From positions 5,613 through 69,612 of the forward strand of contig NZ_JAIEFA010000031.1 of the NCBI RefSeq assembly GCF_029067145.1: a stretch of DNA of 64,000 bases, in the 5' to 3' direction. The notes beneath the pieces were generated by a model. It ran no database searches and was not told the origin of the DNA. It saw only the letters and a program-made list of their open reading frames with translations. This stretch comes from Helicobacter sp. GTDB taxonomy: Bacteria; Campylobacterota; Campylobacteria; Campylobacterales; Helicobacteraceae. Shown piece by piece: positions 42,707 through 54,795 of the stretch. A program made the position numbers and the translations under genes. Positions within the stretch are counted from its first letter, which is position 1, and the number at the start of each line of letters is the position of its first letter.

Positions 42707-43684
42707 TTACGCTTTTGTGCTTAGAATCAAGCTTTCATTAGAGCCCATTTGCTCTACAAAATCACGGATTTTCCTATCCAAATGCTGATTTATCACATCG
42801 GTATCTTGGCTTTGTTGTTTGATTTGCTCTACTTCTCCTGCAAAATATTGCCTTACCAACGCTTGCTCCTCTGGTGAAAGCGCGTTAAGATTACCACTCT
42901 GCTTGATTTTTGCAAGCAGTCTCATCGCTTCCTCCATTGCAGAGACATCTAACTCCTCTTTGTTGGGGGTTGCAAGGTTTGCTTCTTGGGATTGCGCGAC
43001 CATTTCTGCTAAAGGATTTTCTTGCGATTCTAAAATCCCCTTAAGCGCGCTATATAAGCTACCACGCGTTACTTCAAAATGTTCTTGCACACTAATTTTG
43101 CCATTTAAATCTTTGTCTTGTGAAATAAAATTATCTAGCAAATCCTCTGTGGTGCGCACTTCTGTATCATCACTTTTGGTGTTGCCCTCTACCAAAAGCA
43201 CGGAAATTGGATTGCCAAACGATTGGCTTTGGCTCAACTCAAAACTATAACCATCTCTCAAAAGTCCTCTTTCGTTTTCCGAAAACTTCCCATCTTGATT
43301 CAAATCTGCTCTTTGCGCCCCCACATTACCCATTATCTCTGCATACCAGCCACTAACATAAGCCTCTGCTTTGCCACTTAAACGCATATTGCCATCTTCT
43401 CTAGCATAAAAGTCTTTTTTGTTAAATTTCTCTTGCAATCGTTCCATATTTTCTTTAGAGATTAAAGCACTCACGCGCTCTCCACTTGTATGGTCATCAA
43501 AAAGCACGAGTTGGTAGTTAGAATCCCCAACTAACTTTGATTTTATGGACTCTTTGATTCCTCTTTCTTGGGGTTTTAATTGCAAATCTTGACTTTCTTC
43601 GCTTGTCAATGCTGCCTGTGTGCGGTCATTTGCCGCTAGATAAACCTTAGAAGAAACAATGCTTCCTGCGCCATTTACAAACAT
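42707..43684 (-). CDS. Hypothetical 325-aa protein with two EF-hand-like loops, no signal peptide
   Basis: DLNQDGKFSENE and DKDLNGKISVQE; TAAGGAG RBS. Confidence 0.8.
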   Translation of the reverse strand: MFVNGAGSIVSSKVYLAANDRTQAALTSEESQDLQLKPQERGIKESIKSKLVGDSNYQLVLFDDHTSGERVSALISKENMERLQEKFNKKDFYAREDGNMRLSGKAEAYVSGWYAEIMGNVGAQRADLNQDGKFSENERGLLRDGYSFELSQSQSFGNPISVLLVEGNTKSDDTEVRTTEDLLDNFISQDKDLNGKISVQEHFEVTRGSLYSALKGILESQENPLAEMVAQSQEANLATPNKEELDVSAMEEAMRLLAKIKQSGNLNALSPEEQALVRQYFAGEVEQIKQQSQDTDVINQHLDRKIRDFVEQMGSNESLILSTKA

Positions 43685-43698
43685 TTTACTCCTTAATT

Positions 43699-43897
43699 TA
43701 TACCATTACAATAAAACAATGATAGTTTCCATATCTATCAGGAACACATTTTCTGATAAGTTTTGCCATTGTATCTTTAGAATCATCAGATTTTGATGCA
43801 ATATTTTTTCAAACACATCTGTTTCATTATTTATCTTTGGACTCGCATACGCACACAATCCAAAAACCAATACCACACTCAAAACTATTTTATGTAT
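43699..43897 (-). pseudogene. Small signal-peptide gene with ATA in place of a start codon and a probable frameshift
   Basis: AAGGAG-ttttt-ATA-HKIVLSVVLVFGLCAYA|SPK; an alternative frame after the A6 run ends just before the next RBS. Confidence 0.5.
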
Positions 43898-43951
43898 AAA
43901 AACTCCTTTGTTAAAAAAATATTTAATCATTATAGAGATTTATTCTTAAAA

Positions 43952-43978
43952 ATATCGGATAATTTTAGAAAAACTTTA
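43952..43978 (-). promoter_or_regulatory. Putative sigma-28 (FliA) promoter
   Basis: Minus strand TAAAGTTT-N11-TCCGATAT, near-perfect consensus and spacing. Confidence 0.8.
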
Positions 43979-43988
43979 ATATGTTTTG

Positions 43989-44579
43989 CTATTTTGTTAC
44001 AAATCGCTGCATAAGCTCTATTGTCTCTGCGTCCAGCTTCTCTTTGCGATTCTTTAAATCCTGCACGATTTGCTCCCAATCCTCAATTTTAAGATTCTGT
44101 CCAAATTTTGCTTTCGCACTTAAAGATTCCACTAAAATCTTTCCTACAAAAGTGCCTTTTTCTTTGCCGACAAACTGCCCACTCTCCATACTCATTTGCG
44201 TATTTTGTGGCTCATATTTACACACAAGACGCGTTAAAATATGCTTTTTCTCCTCCCAATCCTCTATGACACAAAACTGCCCCTCCAAAAAAACAGAAAA
44301 GAAAAATTGCGTGGGAATCATTGTGTGATTTAAAAAATGGCTCGGAATATAAGCATAAGGTTTTGCCGCACTAAAGGCGACTTTGGGATTCTGCTTTAAA
44401 AGTGAGTATTTGCGCCCAGCTTTTGCGCCGTGTAGATAAATTTGCGAATCCTCATAACAAAAACTAAGCGGCACTGCATAAGGAATATTATCAGGAATCA
44501 CGAGCGTGCCAAATTCTATTGCATTTAAAAACTCTCCTATCAACCCCAAATCTTTACAATCAAAATCACTTCTTCGCAT
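43989..44579 (-). CDS. Pyridoxamine 5'-phosphate oxidase family flavin-binding protein (NimA-like)
   Basis: MRR.DF, PYAVPLSF, YLHGAKAGRK, PTQFFFSV, KAKFGQN. Confidence 0.82.
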   Translation of the reverse strand: MRRSDFDCKDLGLIGEFLNAIEFGTLVIPDNIPYAVPLSFCYEDSQIYLHGAKAGRKYSLLKQNPKVAFSAAKPYAYIPSHFLNHTMIPTQFFFSVFLEGQFCVIEDWEEKKHILTRLVCKYEPQNTQMSMESGQFVGKEKGTFVGKILVESLSAKAKFGQNLKIEDWEQIVQDLKNRKEKLDAETIELMQRFVTK

Positions 44580-44604
44580 TGTTGTTATGCCCCATTGCTT
44601 CCAA

Positions 44605-45423
44605 TCATCGCAGAATCTGCACTTCATTTTCTAGTGCGATTCCACATTCCTTTTGCACTTTCTCTTTTGCAATCTCTATTAATTCCAAAGCTTCCTCAAA
44701 GGTAGAATCCCCAAGATTCACAAGAAAATTCGCGTGTTTTTCGCTAAAGCACAAGCTCTTGCTTTTGCCAAATCGCACACCCTTTAGCCCCACTGCCTCA
44801 ATCAAACGCCCCGCAAAATCACCCTTAGGATTCTTAAAACAACTCCCAAAACTCGGCTCTTTTGGCTGATTTTGTCGCATTTTTATACATTCCTCCACTA
44901 AATCGCCTCTAAAACCGCTTTGCTTTTTAAAAATCCCGGCAAAAATCAGCCCAGAAATTTCGCTACTACGATAGGATAACCCTAGCGATTCCACATTCTT
45001 AAAACCAAGCTTTGCGGTATTTTCTAGTTGCAAGATTCCAAGTAGCACTTCTTGAATCTCATAACTTTTCAGCCCCGCATTCATCTTGATGATTCCACCC
45101 ACACTTCCGGGCAATCCACAAAGAATCTCAAACCCTCTTAGATTCTTGCGTTTAGCATAAGCAAACAGCCTGCCACTCGGTGTTGCCGAACCCACTTCTA
45201 AGCTGTCTCCTAAGTCTTTAATGTAATCAAATGCCTTACTTAAAGCGCAGAGATTCTTAGCATTTGGAGCAATCAACAGATTGTTTGCCTTGCCGATGAT
45301 TTGCGGGGAAGCCTGCTCTAAGAGGGCAATATAATCTTGTGGCGATTCTATATAATTTAATGCAAGCTGTGTGCCAATTCGCACGCTCGTATAACGCGAA
45401 AAATCTACAATTTTTTGAAACAT
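44605..45423 (-). CDS. murB: UDP-N-acetylmuramate dehydrogenase
   Basis: LPGSVGG..KMNAG, GSCFKNP, AGRLIE, KHANFLVN, LENEV. Confidence 0.95.
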   Translation of the reverse strand: MFQKIVDFSRYTSVRIGTQLALNYIESPQDYIALLEQASPQIIGKANNLLIAPNAKNLCALSKAFDYIKDLGDSLEVGSATPSGRLFAYAKRKNLRGFEILCGLPGSVGGIIKMNAGLKSYEIQEVLLGILQLENTAKLGFKNVESLGLSYRSSEISGLIFAGIFKKQSGFRGDLVEECIKMRQNQPKEPSFGSCFKNPKGDFAGRLIEAVGLKGVRFGKSKSLCFSEKHANFLVNLGDSTFEEALELIEIAKEKVQKECGIALENEVQILR

Positions 45424-45429
45424 TGGAAT

Positions 45430-45696
45430 CTAAAAAAGAAAGCTTGGCATTAGATTAAAGATTCTTGTTGTAAAGTCCATTAGCATATTGAGCATCCAAG
45501 GCATTGTAAAGATAATCACGACAATTACCGCTAGAATCTTTGGCACAAAAGTAAGCGTCATTTCGTTGATTTGTGTCGTGGCTTGAAAAATACTAATCAT
45601 CAAGCCCACTACCAAACCGACAAGCAACATCGGGAGAGAAAGGGTAAGCGTGATTTTATAAGTCTCAATCGCCAAAGCCATTAATTGCGATTCCAC
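45430..45696 (-). CDS. fliQ: Flagellar export protein FliQ
   Basis: FQATTQINEMTLTFVPK. Confidence 0.96.
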   Translation of the reverse strand: MESQLMALAIETYKITLTLSLPMLLVGLVVGLMISIFQATTQINEMTLTFVPKILAVIVVIIFTMPWMLNMLMDFTTRIFNLMPSFLF

Positions 45697-45718
45697 AATT
45701 CTCTCCTCACTTTAAAAT

Positions 45719-47274
<1,556 letters not shown>

Positions 47275-47369
47275 AAGATTCCTTTAGTTTTTGGTATTAT
47301 AGCAAATCTTAAAAACTTTACAATTCTTATTGAATGCTATAATTTCAACGATAACTTTAAGGAGTTTGA

Positions 47370-48452
47370 ATGAATTTTTTACAAAAAATTCAAGAGAATA
47401 TTAAGCTCATTTTCACTTGGAATCCTAGCGATAGATTATGGCAAATGCCATTTTTTGCGGGATTAAGTGTTGCAATCGTGCTTTTTATTGCAGCTTTTTT
47501 TAATCGTCCGGATTTGGGGCTTGTGGCAATCATCGGCACCAATATTTTTCTTTATGTTCCAGACACTCCGATTCACCATAAAATGATTTTATGTATGGCA
47601 AGCGCTTTTGGAATTATCGCTTCCTTCACGCTTGGGCTGATTGGACAAGCCTTTCCTACACTGATTCCATTCATTGTCTTTCTTGTTACAATGATAGGTG
47701 CGCAAGTCGTGCGCTATTTTAGTATTGGCGCGCCGGGATTCTTTTTCTTTACCTTTGCGATGATTCTTGGCACTTATATTCCTTTTGAGGTCAAAGACTA
47801 TCCCTTTGCCATTGGGCTTGTCGCACTTGGAACAATGGTAGCAAATGTGATGGTTTTGCTGTATTCTCTAAGTGTAATTTACCTCTTCAAACATCCTCCA
47901 AAACCGATTCCAAAAATTGGAGAATTTGGCTTTGGCGTAATTATTATTGACCCTATTATCATTGCGTTTTTTGTCAGTGCCTCTATGGTTTTCCAAAACT
48001 TTTTGGAATTAGAAAGAGGCTATTGGGTGGGAGTAAGTTGTGCCGCTATCTTAACAGCGGTTACTTTTAAACAAATTTGGATTAAACAGACACAAAGAAT
48101 CTTAGGCACGATTCTAGGCGTAAGCTTCGCTTATTTCTTACTACACTTTAGTTTTAGCCCGATTCAATTTGCACTTTTGATGATGATATTAATGTTTTTT
48201 GCAGAATTAACAGCGGTTAGGAATTATGCTTTGGCAATGGTATTTTTAACTCCTTATTCTACTTATTTGGCAGAAGTTGCAAGTTTTATGAATTATGACC
48301 CAGATTTGATTATCAAGGCAAGAATCCTAGACATTACCATTGGTAGTTTATTTGGACTTTTGGGAGGTGCAGTAATGCATTGGCAACCTTTGCGAAAAAT
48401 ACTAGAGAGAATCTTACGCAAAATCGTTTTTCGGTGGGCGGGCGAAGATTAA
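47370..48452 (+). CDS. FUSC family membrane protein
   Basis: About 10 TM segments; GYW, QRILGT, RNYALA, RILDITIG. Confidence 0.8.
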   Translation: MNFLQKIQENIKLIFTWNPSDRLWQMPFFAGLSVAIVLFIAAFFNRPDLGLVAIIGTNIFLYVPDTPIHHKMILCMASAFGIIASFTLGLIGQAFPTLIPFIVFLVTMIGAQVVRYFSIGAPGFFFFTFAMILGTYIPFEVKDYPFAIGLVALGTMVANVMVLLYSLSVIYLFKHPPKPIPKIGEFGFGVIIIDPIIIAFFVSASMVFQNFLELERGYWVGVSCAAILTAVTFKQIWIKQTQRILGTILGVSFAYFLLHFSFSPIQFALLMMILMFFAELTAVRNYALAMVFLTPYSTYLAEVASFMNYDPDLIIKARILDITIGSLFGLLGGAVMHWQPLRKILERILRKIVFRWAGED

Positions 48453-48520
48453 AAGCACAAAGAAATTTGTGCTTCAAACCAATTGCTACGAATCCTTCTA
48501 TCAAAAACAATCAATTAGAA

Positions 48521-49894
48521 TTAGGGAATTGCGTGAAGTTGCTGATAAACCTCCGTGCTTTTGGCTTCAAATTTTTGACAATATGTTTGTAATTGTTCTT
48601 GATTCTCTGTAAAATTACCAAGTTTAATAAACTCCAAAAACTCTTGAATACTTTTATCAAAATCAAAGATTTTTTGGCAAATGCTCTTATCTATCAAAGA
48701 ATTTTCTCCAATATTACATTGTGAAACTATCTGCGGAATCTCATTTGTAATCACAGCAGAATAGGAGGCAAATTTTTTCAAAATACAATCCAACTCTAGC
48801 AACGCAATATAAGAAGTCTTATTGGTATGTAAAATAGAATCTAGCAAGAAAGCGGCTTGTTTATCCATTGCACCAAAAGTTTCATTGAATGAAATCATCA
48901 ATTCATTAGAATTATTTGTAATGGTGTCAATCTCTTTAACATAGCCTGAAATCTCGTCCATTTCTTGGTTGATGACTTGTGTAGTTGAAGAGATTTCTGA
49001 CGCGGTTTTTGTGGCACGCTCTGCTAGTTTTCTCACCTCATCAGCAACGACTGCAAATCCTCTTCCGTGTTCCCCAGCTCTTGCTGCTTCAATTGCGGCA
49101 TTGAGGGCTAGTAAATTGGTTTGGTCGGTAATCTCCTTAATCAAGGAAACAAATGTATCAATTTCTTTAATTCGTTTTGTGAAACACTCAAAGGATTGTG
49201 AAGTTTGCGACATCATAGAGGAGAGATTGGCAAAATTATTCATAATCACTTGGACACTTTGCATTCCTTGATTGGAAGATTGAGAAATGGCTTTTGTCTC
49301 TTCAGAGGTTTCATTCATCACCGAAATTACAGCATTTAGATTTGTAGAAATTGAATTTAAATCTTTCTTTAAACTCACTGCGCTTTGTTTAGAAATCTGA
49401 TTCACAATTAAACCTCTTGCGCCTAATTTATCTGCTTCTTCAACTGCATAAGAGGCTTTATTAATAAGCTGCCCCACATAAGAAAAAGTTCCTTTTAGGC
49501 TTGCAGAATTTAATTTTCTATAATATTGTTTTTTGCTTGCTGCAGTAATAGTGGAAGCCCCTCCTCTAACAAAGGCTTCCACTTGGTCAGCCAAATCATT
49601 AATTGTCCACGACAGATTACCCAAAGCACCATTGTCTTGAATATTTGTGATTCTTGCTTCTAGGTCTCCATTAGCAAGCTGTGAAACACAATGTGTTATT
49701 TCTTGAATATATTTATCTCGTCTATTTCCAGCTATTAGCGTCAATGTGCAAGTCAAAATACCTAGACAAAAAGCCCCAAATTCTAGCAAAATATGAATAT
49801 CTAAAATTTCAATAATAAATAAACAAACAAAAATGGCAATGAAACAATAATTAAAAACCCTAGAATATCTATAAAGTTGATACGAATTCTTCAT
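48521..49894 (-). CDS. Methyl-accepting chemotaxis protein (TM hairpin-HAMP-signalling), CetA-like
   Basis: [47 protein letters not shown]; no periplasmic sensor. Confidence 0.9.
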   Translation of the reverse strand: MKNSYQLYRYSRVFNYCFIAIFVCLFIIEILDIHILLEFGAFCLGILTCTLTLIAGNRRDKYIQEITHCVSQLANGDLEARITNIQDNGALGNLSWTINDLADQVEAFVRGGASTITAASKKQYYRKLNSASLKGTFSYVGQLINKASYAVEEADKLGARGLIVNQISKQSAVSLKKDLNSISTNLNAVISVMNETSEETKAISQSSNQGMQSVQVIMNNFANLSSMMSQTSQSFECFTKRIKEIDTFVSLIKEITDQTNLLALNAAIEAARAGEHGRGFAVVADEVRKLAERATKTASEISSTTQVINQEMDEISGYVKEIDTITNNSNELMISFNETFGAMDKQAAFLLDSILHTNKTSYIALLELDCILKKFASYSAVITNEIPQIVSQCNIGENSLIDKSICQKIFDFDKSIQEFLEFIKLGNFTENQEQLQTYCQKFEAKSTEVYQQLHAIP

Positions 49895-50372
49895 AATTGA
49901 CTCCTTTTTGTGCTAGAATCTGCTCCAATCTCTCTTGGCTTTTTTCAATCCCTTCTCTTTGTTCAACTTCCAATAATTCCCTATAGAGTGCATTGATGGT
50001 TTTTTTTGCCTGTTCTGTTGGCTTTAGCCGAATAGAATGATAACCAACAATCTCTCCTTTGCCGTTAAAAGAGGGGGTTACAAAAGCCTTTACCCAATAA
50101 TATGAACCATCTTTAGAAAGATTCTTTACATAAGCTATAATTTCTTTTCCTTGTTGTATAAAACTCCATAGAAATTTAAAAATAACTTTTGGCATATCTG
50201 GGTGACGCACAATATTATGTGGTTTGCCCAGAAGTTCCTTCTCTGTATAGCCTGAAAGTTCAATAAAGATTCTATTACCATAAAGAATTCGTCCCTTTAA
50301 ATCTGTTTTGGAAATAATAATTTCATTCTCATTGAATTGCCTCTCTTGCTGAATGGGTTTTGGTTTATTCAT
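49869..50372 (-). CDS. Stand-alone Aer-type PAS (FAD) sensor, CetB-like
   Basis: [33 protein letters not shown]. Confidence 0.9.
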   Translation of the reverse strand: MNKPKPIQQERQFNENEIIISKTDLKGRILYGNRIFIELSGYTEKELLGKPHNIVRHPDMPKVIFKFLWSFIQQGKEIIAYVKNLSKDGSYYWVKAFVTPSFNGKGEIVGYHSIRLKPTEQAKKTINALYRELLEVEQREGIEKSQERLEQILAQKGVNYEEFVSTL

Positions 50373-50645
50373 TGCTTATCCTTAAAAATGAGAAAAATAA
50401 TTAAAACTTATTCACTCTATGGCATCAATTCATCTTTTCCTATCGTCATAGCCACATAAGATTCTTAAGATAATGCAAGAATAGTAATAAATATTTAGTT
50501 AATGAATAGTTAATAAAATGTTAAGATATTGTCAAGATGAGTAGCAAACCAAAATAGATTCTTAATATTAGAGATGTTGAATAATTCTTGATTAAGAATA
50601 TTCAAAGAGGGGGAAAATAAGCTCTCCCTCGCAATAAATAGGAAT

Positions 50646-50669
50646 CCCCCAAAAAAAAAGGGGGGGGGG
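50646..50669. repeat. Abutting homopolymers C5-A9-G10 downstream of rplS
   Basis: Read directly; C5 and G can pair around the A9 loop. Confidence 0.8.
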
Positions 50670-50678
50670 AATCAAAAA

Positions 50679-51035
50679 TTATTTTCTAATTTCTTTGATT
50701 CTTGCAGATTTACCACTTCTTGTGCGGAGATAGTAGAGTTTTGCGCGTCTCACACGACCAATTTTAAGCACTTTAATGCTTTCAATACTTTCAGAATAGA
50801 GAGGGAATATTCTTTCTACTCCTACACCATTTGCGCCGATTTTGCGAATCGTAAAAGTCTTGCCTGTCCCTGTGCCACGAAGTGAGATACAAACTCCTTC
50901 AAAATTTTGGATTCTTGTTTTATCTCCTTCAGAGATTTTAATCCCAACTCTTAATGTATCTCCTGCCTTAAATTGTGGAATCTCTTTTCCTGCAATTTGT
51001 GCGTCTTCAAAATGCTGAATATATTTATTTCTCAT
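50679..51035 (-). CDS. rplS: 50S ribosomal protein L19
   Basis: [21 protein letters not shown]. Confidence 0.97.
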   Translation of the reverse strand: MRNKYIQHFEDAQIAGKEIPQFKAGDTLRVGIKISEGDKTRIQNFEGVCISLRGTGTGKTFTIRKIGANGVGVERIFPLYSESIESIKVLKIGRVRRAKLYYLRTRSGKSARIKEIRK

Positions 51036-51729
51036 CTTTTAGCCTTTGTTTGTAGCGAATATAGAGGTCTGGTCTATGGAATCTAGTTTTTGCCTCTGAC
51101 GCTTTTAATTTTAAGCTGTGGATTTTAGCGTGATTTCCCTTTGAATACTCTGAAGGAATCAATAAATTTTTAAAATTATGCGGTTTGGTAAAATTTGGGG
51201 ATTCTAATAAAAACTCTTCATAGCTTTCTCCTTGTAAGGAATCACTATTGCCAAGCACTCCCTCTACCTGTCTTGAAATGCTATCACACAAACAAAGTGC
51301 GGCAATCTCCCCACCGGTTAAAATAAAATCCCCGATACTAAAAACCTCATCGGCATACAATTCAATCAAACGTTCATCAAAGCCTTCATATCGCCCGCAA
51401 ACTAAGGTAATATGAGACTTTTTGCTCAAACATTTCGCGTCATTTTGTGAAAAGAGTTTCGCACAGGGCGTAAGAAAAATAATGTGTGTTTTGGGATTTT
51501 GTTTTTTTACAGAATCTAGCGCATTGCTTAAAGCCAATGGCTCTAGCACAAGTCCCGCGCCACCGCCTACTTGATAATCGTCTGTCTTTGCAAAGCGATG
51601 AGGGCTGAAGTCTCTAGGATTGACAAAATCTACGCCAAGTAATCCCTGCTTGATTGCCCGATAAAGAATAGAATCGCTGAAGTAAGATTCTATCAAATGG
51701 GGAAATAAAGTAACAATAGAGAATCGCAT
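51025..51729 (-). CDS. trmD: tRNA (guanine37-N1)-methyltransferase
   Basis: [26 protein letters not shown]. Confidence 0.96.
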   Translation of the reverse strand: MRFSIVTLFPHLIESYFSDSILYRAIKQGLLGVDFVNPRDFSPHRFAKTDDYQVGGGAGLVLEPLALSNALDSVKKQNPKTHIIFLTPCAKLFSQNDAKCLSKKSHITLVCGRYEGFDERLIELYADEVFSIGDFILTGGEIAALCLCDSISRQVEGVLGNSDSLQGESYEEFLLESPNFTKPHNFKNLLIPSEYSKGNHAKIHSLKLKASEAKTRFHRPDLYIRYKQRLKDEK

Positions 51730-52325
51730 TAACTATTTTCCAAGATTTCTCTACAAAATTGTGTATAAATGATTTTTGGGGTAGCACTGGTGCTTTCTTT
51801 GGATTCCTCTTTGGAATAGATTGTGGAATCTTTTTTGGATTCCACCCCCAAAATATAACGCGCATTATAAGGAATCAAAAAACTCTTTGGGAAATTCTGT
51901 GCCACAAGCGCAAAATCAGTTTTAACAGACAAATAATCCTGCGCACAAAAGCGTTCAATCTCGCTTACAACGCCAAGAATCTCGCCATTTTCTACAATCT
52001 CACTCCCTACAAGCTCAAACCAAAAAAATTCATTTTCTTTGAGTTTGCACTGCTGCTTACATTGCTCTTGCGTAGTATAAAGCACAAGATTGACGATTTG
52101 CTTTGCTGCTTCTTTGGAATTAATTTCAATAAATTTTGCTATGGAACGTTTTGCTTGATAAGATTCAAGTGTCAAATTGCCAAATTGTGATAAATAAATA
52201 TTACCACTCTGCAAGGATTCGGGAAAATCGCTTAGCAAATGCAAAAATACCTCACCTTTGAATCCTGTGGAGCGACCGATTTTCGCGACACTTACCCAAT
52301 CTTTTTGGACGCTCTTACCAAACAT
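51729..52325 (-). CDS. rimM: Ribosome maturation factor RimM
   Basis: KIGRSTGFKG, EFFWFELVG, FLIPY; operon position. Confidence 0.92.
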   Translation of the reverse strand: MFGKSVQKDWVSVAKIGRSTGFKGEVFLHLLSDFPESLQSGNIYLSQFGNLTLESYQAKRSIAKFIEINSKEAAKQIVNLVLYTTQEQCKQQCKLKENEFFWFELVGSEIVENGEILGVVSEIERFCAQDYLSVKTDFALVAQNFPKSFLIPYNARYILGVESKKDSTIYSKEESKESTSATPKIIYTQFCREILENS

Positions 52326-52327
52326 TC

Positions 52328-52579
52328 CTAAGCTTCAGTAGTTTGTGGTTTCACGATAATGCGATAAGAGTTGCCATCTTTTGCTTTAATGCCAGAAACA
52401 AAAGTTTTGATTGCGCCAATCATTTTGCCATCTTTGCCAATCAAGCGTCCTGCATCTTGCGAGGAAGAAAGAATTTCAATTTCATAAAAATTCGTATCAA
52501 GCTCTGTTTTGATGACACGAATTTTGTCGGGTTCTGTAACAATTTTTTTTACATAGGCTTCTATAAAATCTTCTACCAT
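52328..52579 (-). CDS. khpA: KH-domain RNA-binding protein
   Basis: DAGRLIGKDG; lies between rpsP and rimM. Confidence 0.88.
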   Translation of the reverse strand: MVEDFIEAYVKKIVTEPDKIRVIKTELDTNFYEIEILSSSQDAGRLIGKDGKMIGAIKTFVSGIKAKDGNSYRIIVKPQTTEA

Positions 52580-52596
52580 ATATTGCCTACATTTGA

Positions 52597-52824
52597 TTAT
52601 TTAGTAATTGCTTTTACTCTTTCGCTCATTTTTGCGCCAACGCCTGTCCAATATTTCAATCTTTCCGCATCATATTTTACCACAGAAGGCTCCACGAGAG
52701 GATTATAATATCCGATAGATTCAATCCAACCTCCATCGCGTCTTTTTCTACTATCAGTTACAATGATTCTATAAAAAGGCTTTTTCTTTCGTCCCATTTT
52801 TGTTAAGCGGATAACGGTTGCCAA
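52597..52824 (-). CDS. rpsP: 30S ribosomal protein S16
   Basis: [22 protein letters not shown]. Confidence 0.97.
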   Translation of the reverse strand: MATVIRLTKMGRKKKPFYRIIVTDSRKRRDGGWIESIGYYNPLVEPSVVKYDAERLKYWTGVGAKMSERVKAITK

Positions 52825-52924
52825 AATATGCTCCTTAAATCAATCTTAAATTCACAGACAAATCTGCATAAAGGCGAAATTTTATCTAAAAGCAAGTAAT
52901 GTTTTCCTTAAAGTGCTATGTATT

Positions 52925-52988
52925 CTCGCAAGGACAAGCCCCTGCTATGTCATTGTAGAAATGCGCAACATTCGTGGCAATCTATAAT
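52925..52988. repeat. Palindromic intergenic element, copy G
   Basis: CTCGCAAGGAC...GTCATTGTAG...CGTGGCAATCTATAAT. Confidence 0.7.
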
Positions 52989-53013
52989 GTTGAAATGCAA
53001 ACAAAAAGGCACA

Positions 53014-54354
53014 CTATCTCCTAAGCTGCCCCATTCTTGCGTCTTTCATCAGGCTCATCAAATCACCCATTCCGCCTTTGTTAGAAAATTTCTTTGCCAT
53101 TTTCGCCGCATTTTCAAACTGCTTCAAAAAACGATTCACATCACTAACATCAATCCCCGCGCCCATTGCAATACGCTTTTTGCGACTACCATTGAGCAAA
53201 TCCGGATTCTCGCGCTCTTTTGGTGTCATTGAGGAGACCATTGCGCGCATTTGTTTCATCTCTTTTGAATTGTCCAAATCCACATCTTTAAGCGCGCTTG
53301 CCATATTTCCTAGACCGGGCAACATTGAAAGAATAGACTGCATAGAACCAATTTTTTTGATATTATCCAACTGCGCGATAAAGTCATTAAAATTGAATTT
53401 GCCCTTTTTGATTTTCTTAGAAATGTCTTTTGCTTCTTTCTCGCTAATCACAGCAGCGGTTTTTTCAGCCAAAGAGTGAATATCCCCTGCCCCCATTAGT
53501 CGCCCCACAATGCGTTCAGGGATAAAAACCTCTAAATCCGCGACTTTCTCGCCCACACCAATAAAGCGCAATGGAATCCCAAGCTGATGCGCAATAGAAA
53601 GTGCGATTCCACCTTTGCTATCTCCATCAAATTTGCTTAAAATCACTCCACTTAAGTTCATTTTCTGATGAAAGATTCCGGCACTCTTGACGCCGTCTTG
53701 CCCACTTAAGCTATCCACAACATAAAATACTTCATTAGGATTAATCGCATTTTTAATGCCCTGCAATTCCTGCATTAAAGCTTCATCAATCGCCAATCGT
53801 CCAGCAGTATCCACAAGCAACACATCATAAAGCCCATCAACTGCCTTTTGCTTGGCTTGTATTGCAATTTCTGCGGGAGTTTTTCCCTCTAAATAAAAAA
53901 AATCCACTTCCACTTGCAAGGCTAATTGTCGCAACTGCTCCACTGCGGCAAGTCTTTGCAAATCACAAGCAGCCAACAAGACTTTTTTCTGTTTGCCCTT
54001 AAGATAATTTGCCAATTTTGCTGTTGTCGTTGTTTTCCCACTTCCTTGTAAGCCCGCCATCAAAACGATTGTTGGGGGCTTGGGCGCAAAAATAAACCCA
54101 TAATTACCCGGTGCGGTAAGAATCACATTGAGCGATTCTTTTAATGCGCTTAAAAAATTTTCCTTTCCGATTCCGCTTTGCTTCGTTTTAAGCTCCACAT
54201 CGCTCAACAATTCTTTTAAAACCTTATAATGCACATCGGATTTTAAAAGCGATTTTTTTAACTCCTCTAAAGCGCGTTTTAACGCCTTTTCATCGTCTTG
54301 GAATCGGATTTTGCTAATGGCACTTTGAAAACTCTCTGTAATAACACCAAACAA
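53014..54354 (-). CDS. ffh: Signal recognition particle protein
   Basis: GLQGSGKTT, DTAGR, SMTPKER M-domain. Confidence 0.97.
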   Translation of the reverse strand: MFGVITESFQSAISKIRFQDDEKALKRALEELKKSLLKSDVHYKVLKELLSDVELKTKQSGIGKENFLSALKESLNVILTAPGNYGFIFAPKPPTIVLMAGLQGSGKTTTTAKLANYLKGKQKKVLLAACDLQRLAAVEQLRQLALQVEVDFFYLEGKTPAEIAIQAKQKAVDGLYDVLLVDTAGRLAIDEALMQELQGIKNAINPNEVFYVVDSLSGQDGVKSAGIFHQKMNLSGVILSKFDGDSKGGIALSIAHQLGIPLRFIGVGEKVADLEVFIPERIVGRLMGAGDIHSLAEKTAAVISEKEAKDISKKIKKGKFNFNDFIAQLDNIKKIGSMQSILSMLPGLGNMASALKDVDLDNSKEMKQMRAMVSSMTPKERENPDLLNGSRKKRIAMGAGIDVSDVNRFLKQFENAAKMAKKFSNKGGMGDLMSLMKDARMGQLRR

Positions 54355-54449
54355 CTTCGCAACCTCGATTAAAAAGATAAAATCTGCGATTCTACATTAG
54401 ATTTGCTTAAAAGTTTATTGCGCCCTTTTACGCGACACAAACACATTAT

Positions 54450-54795
54450 GGAATCGCAAAGATAGATTCTCAAAAAATAAATAACCTAGATAAAATAAAT
54501 CCTAAAGACTTAGTAACCACTCAAGATTCTAAACAATCCTCTTTACTTTGGCGAATTAGACAAAGACAATACCATTAAACAAGATACACCAAGTTATTAC
54601 TTCTCCCCTAAAGATGAAGAAAATAATCTAGGCACACTTACTATCTTTTTAAATGCTTCTACTCTTACTCTTTTAAATTATTCTCTCTTAGATTCTAGTT
54701 TAAATATTAAACTAGAACTCACAAACAAAGAATCTCAAGAAAAACAAGATAAAGCTATCATACAAAGAGAACAAAAACAACACATAGAGATATGA
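54450..54795 (+). pseudogene. C-terminal remnant of a larger protein
   Basis: Start-less frame ...LYFGELDKD...ENNLGTLTIFLN...NYSLLDSSLNIKLEL...HIEI*, with a frameshift near 54530; stop overlaps the next ATG (ATGA). Confidence 0.6.
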
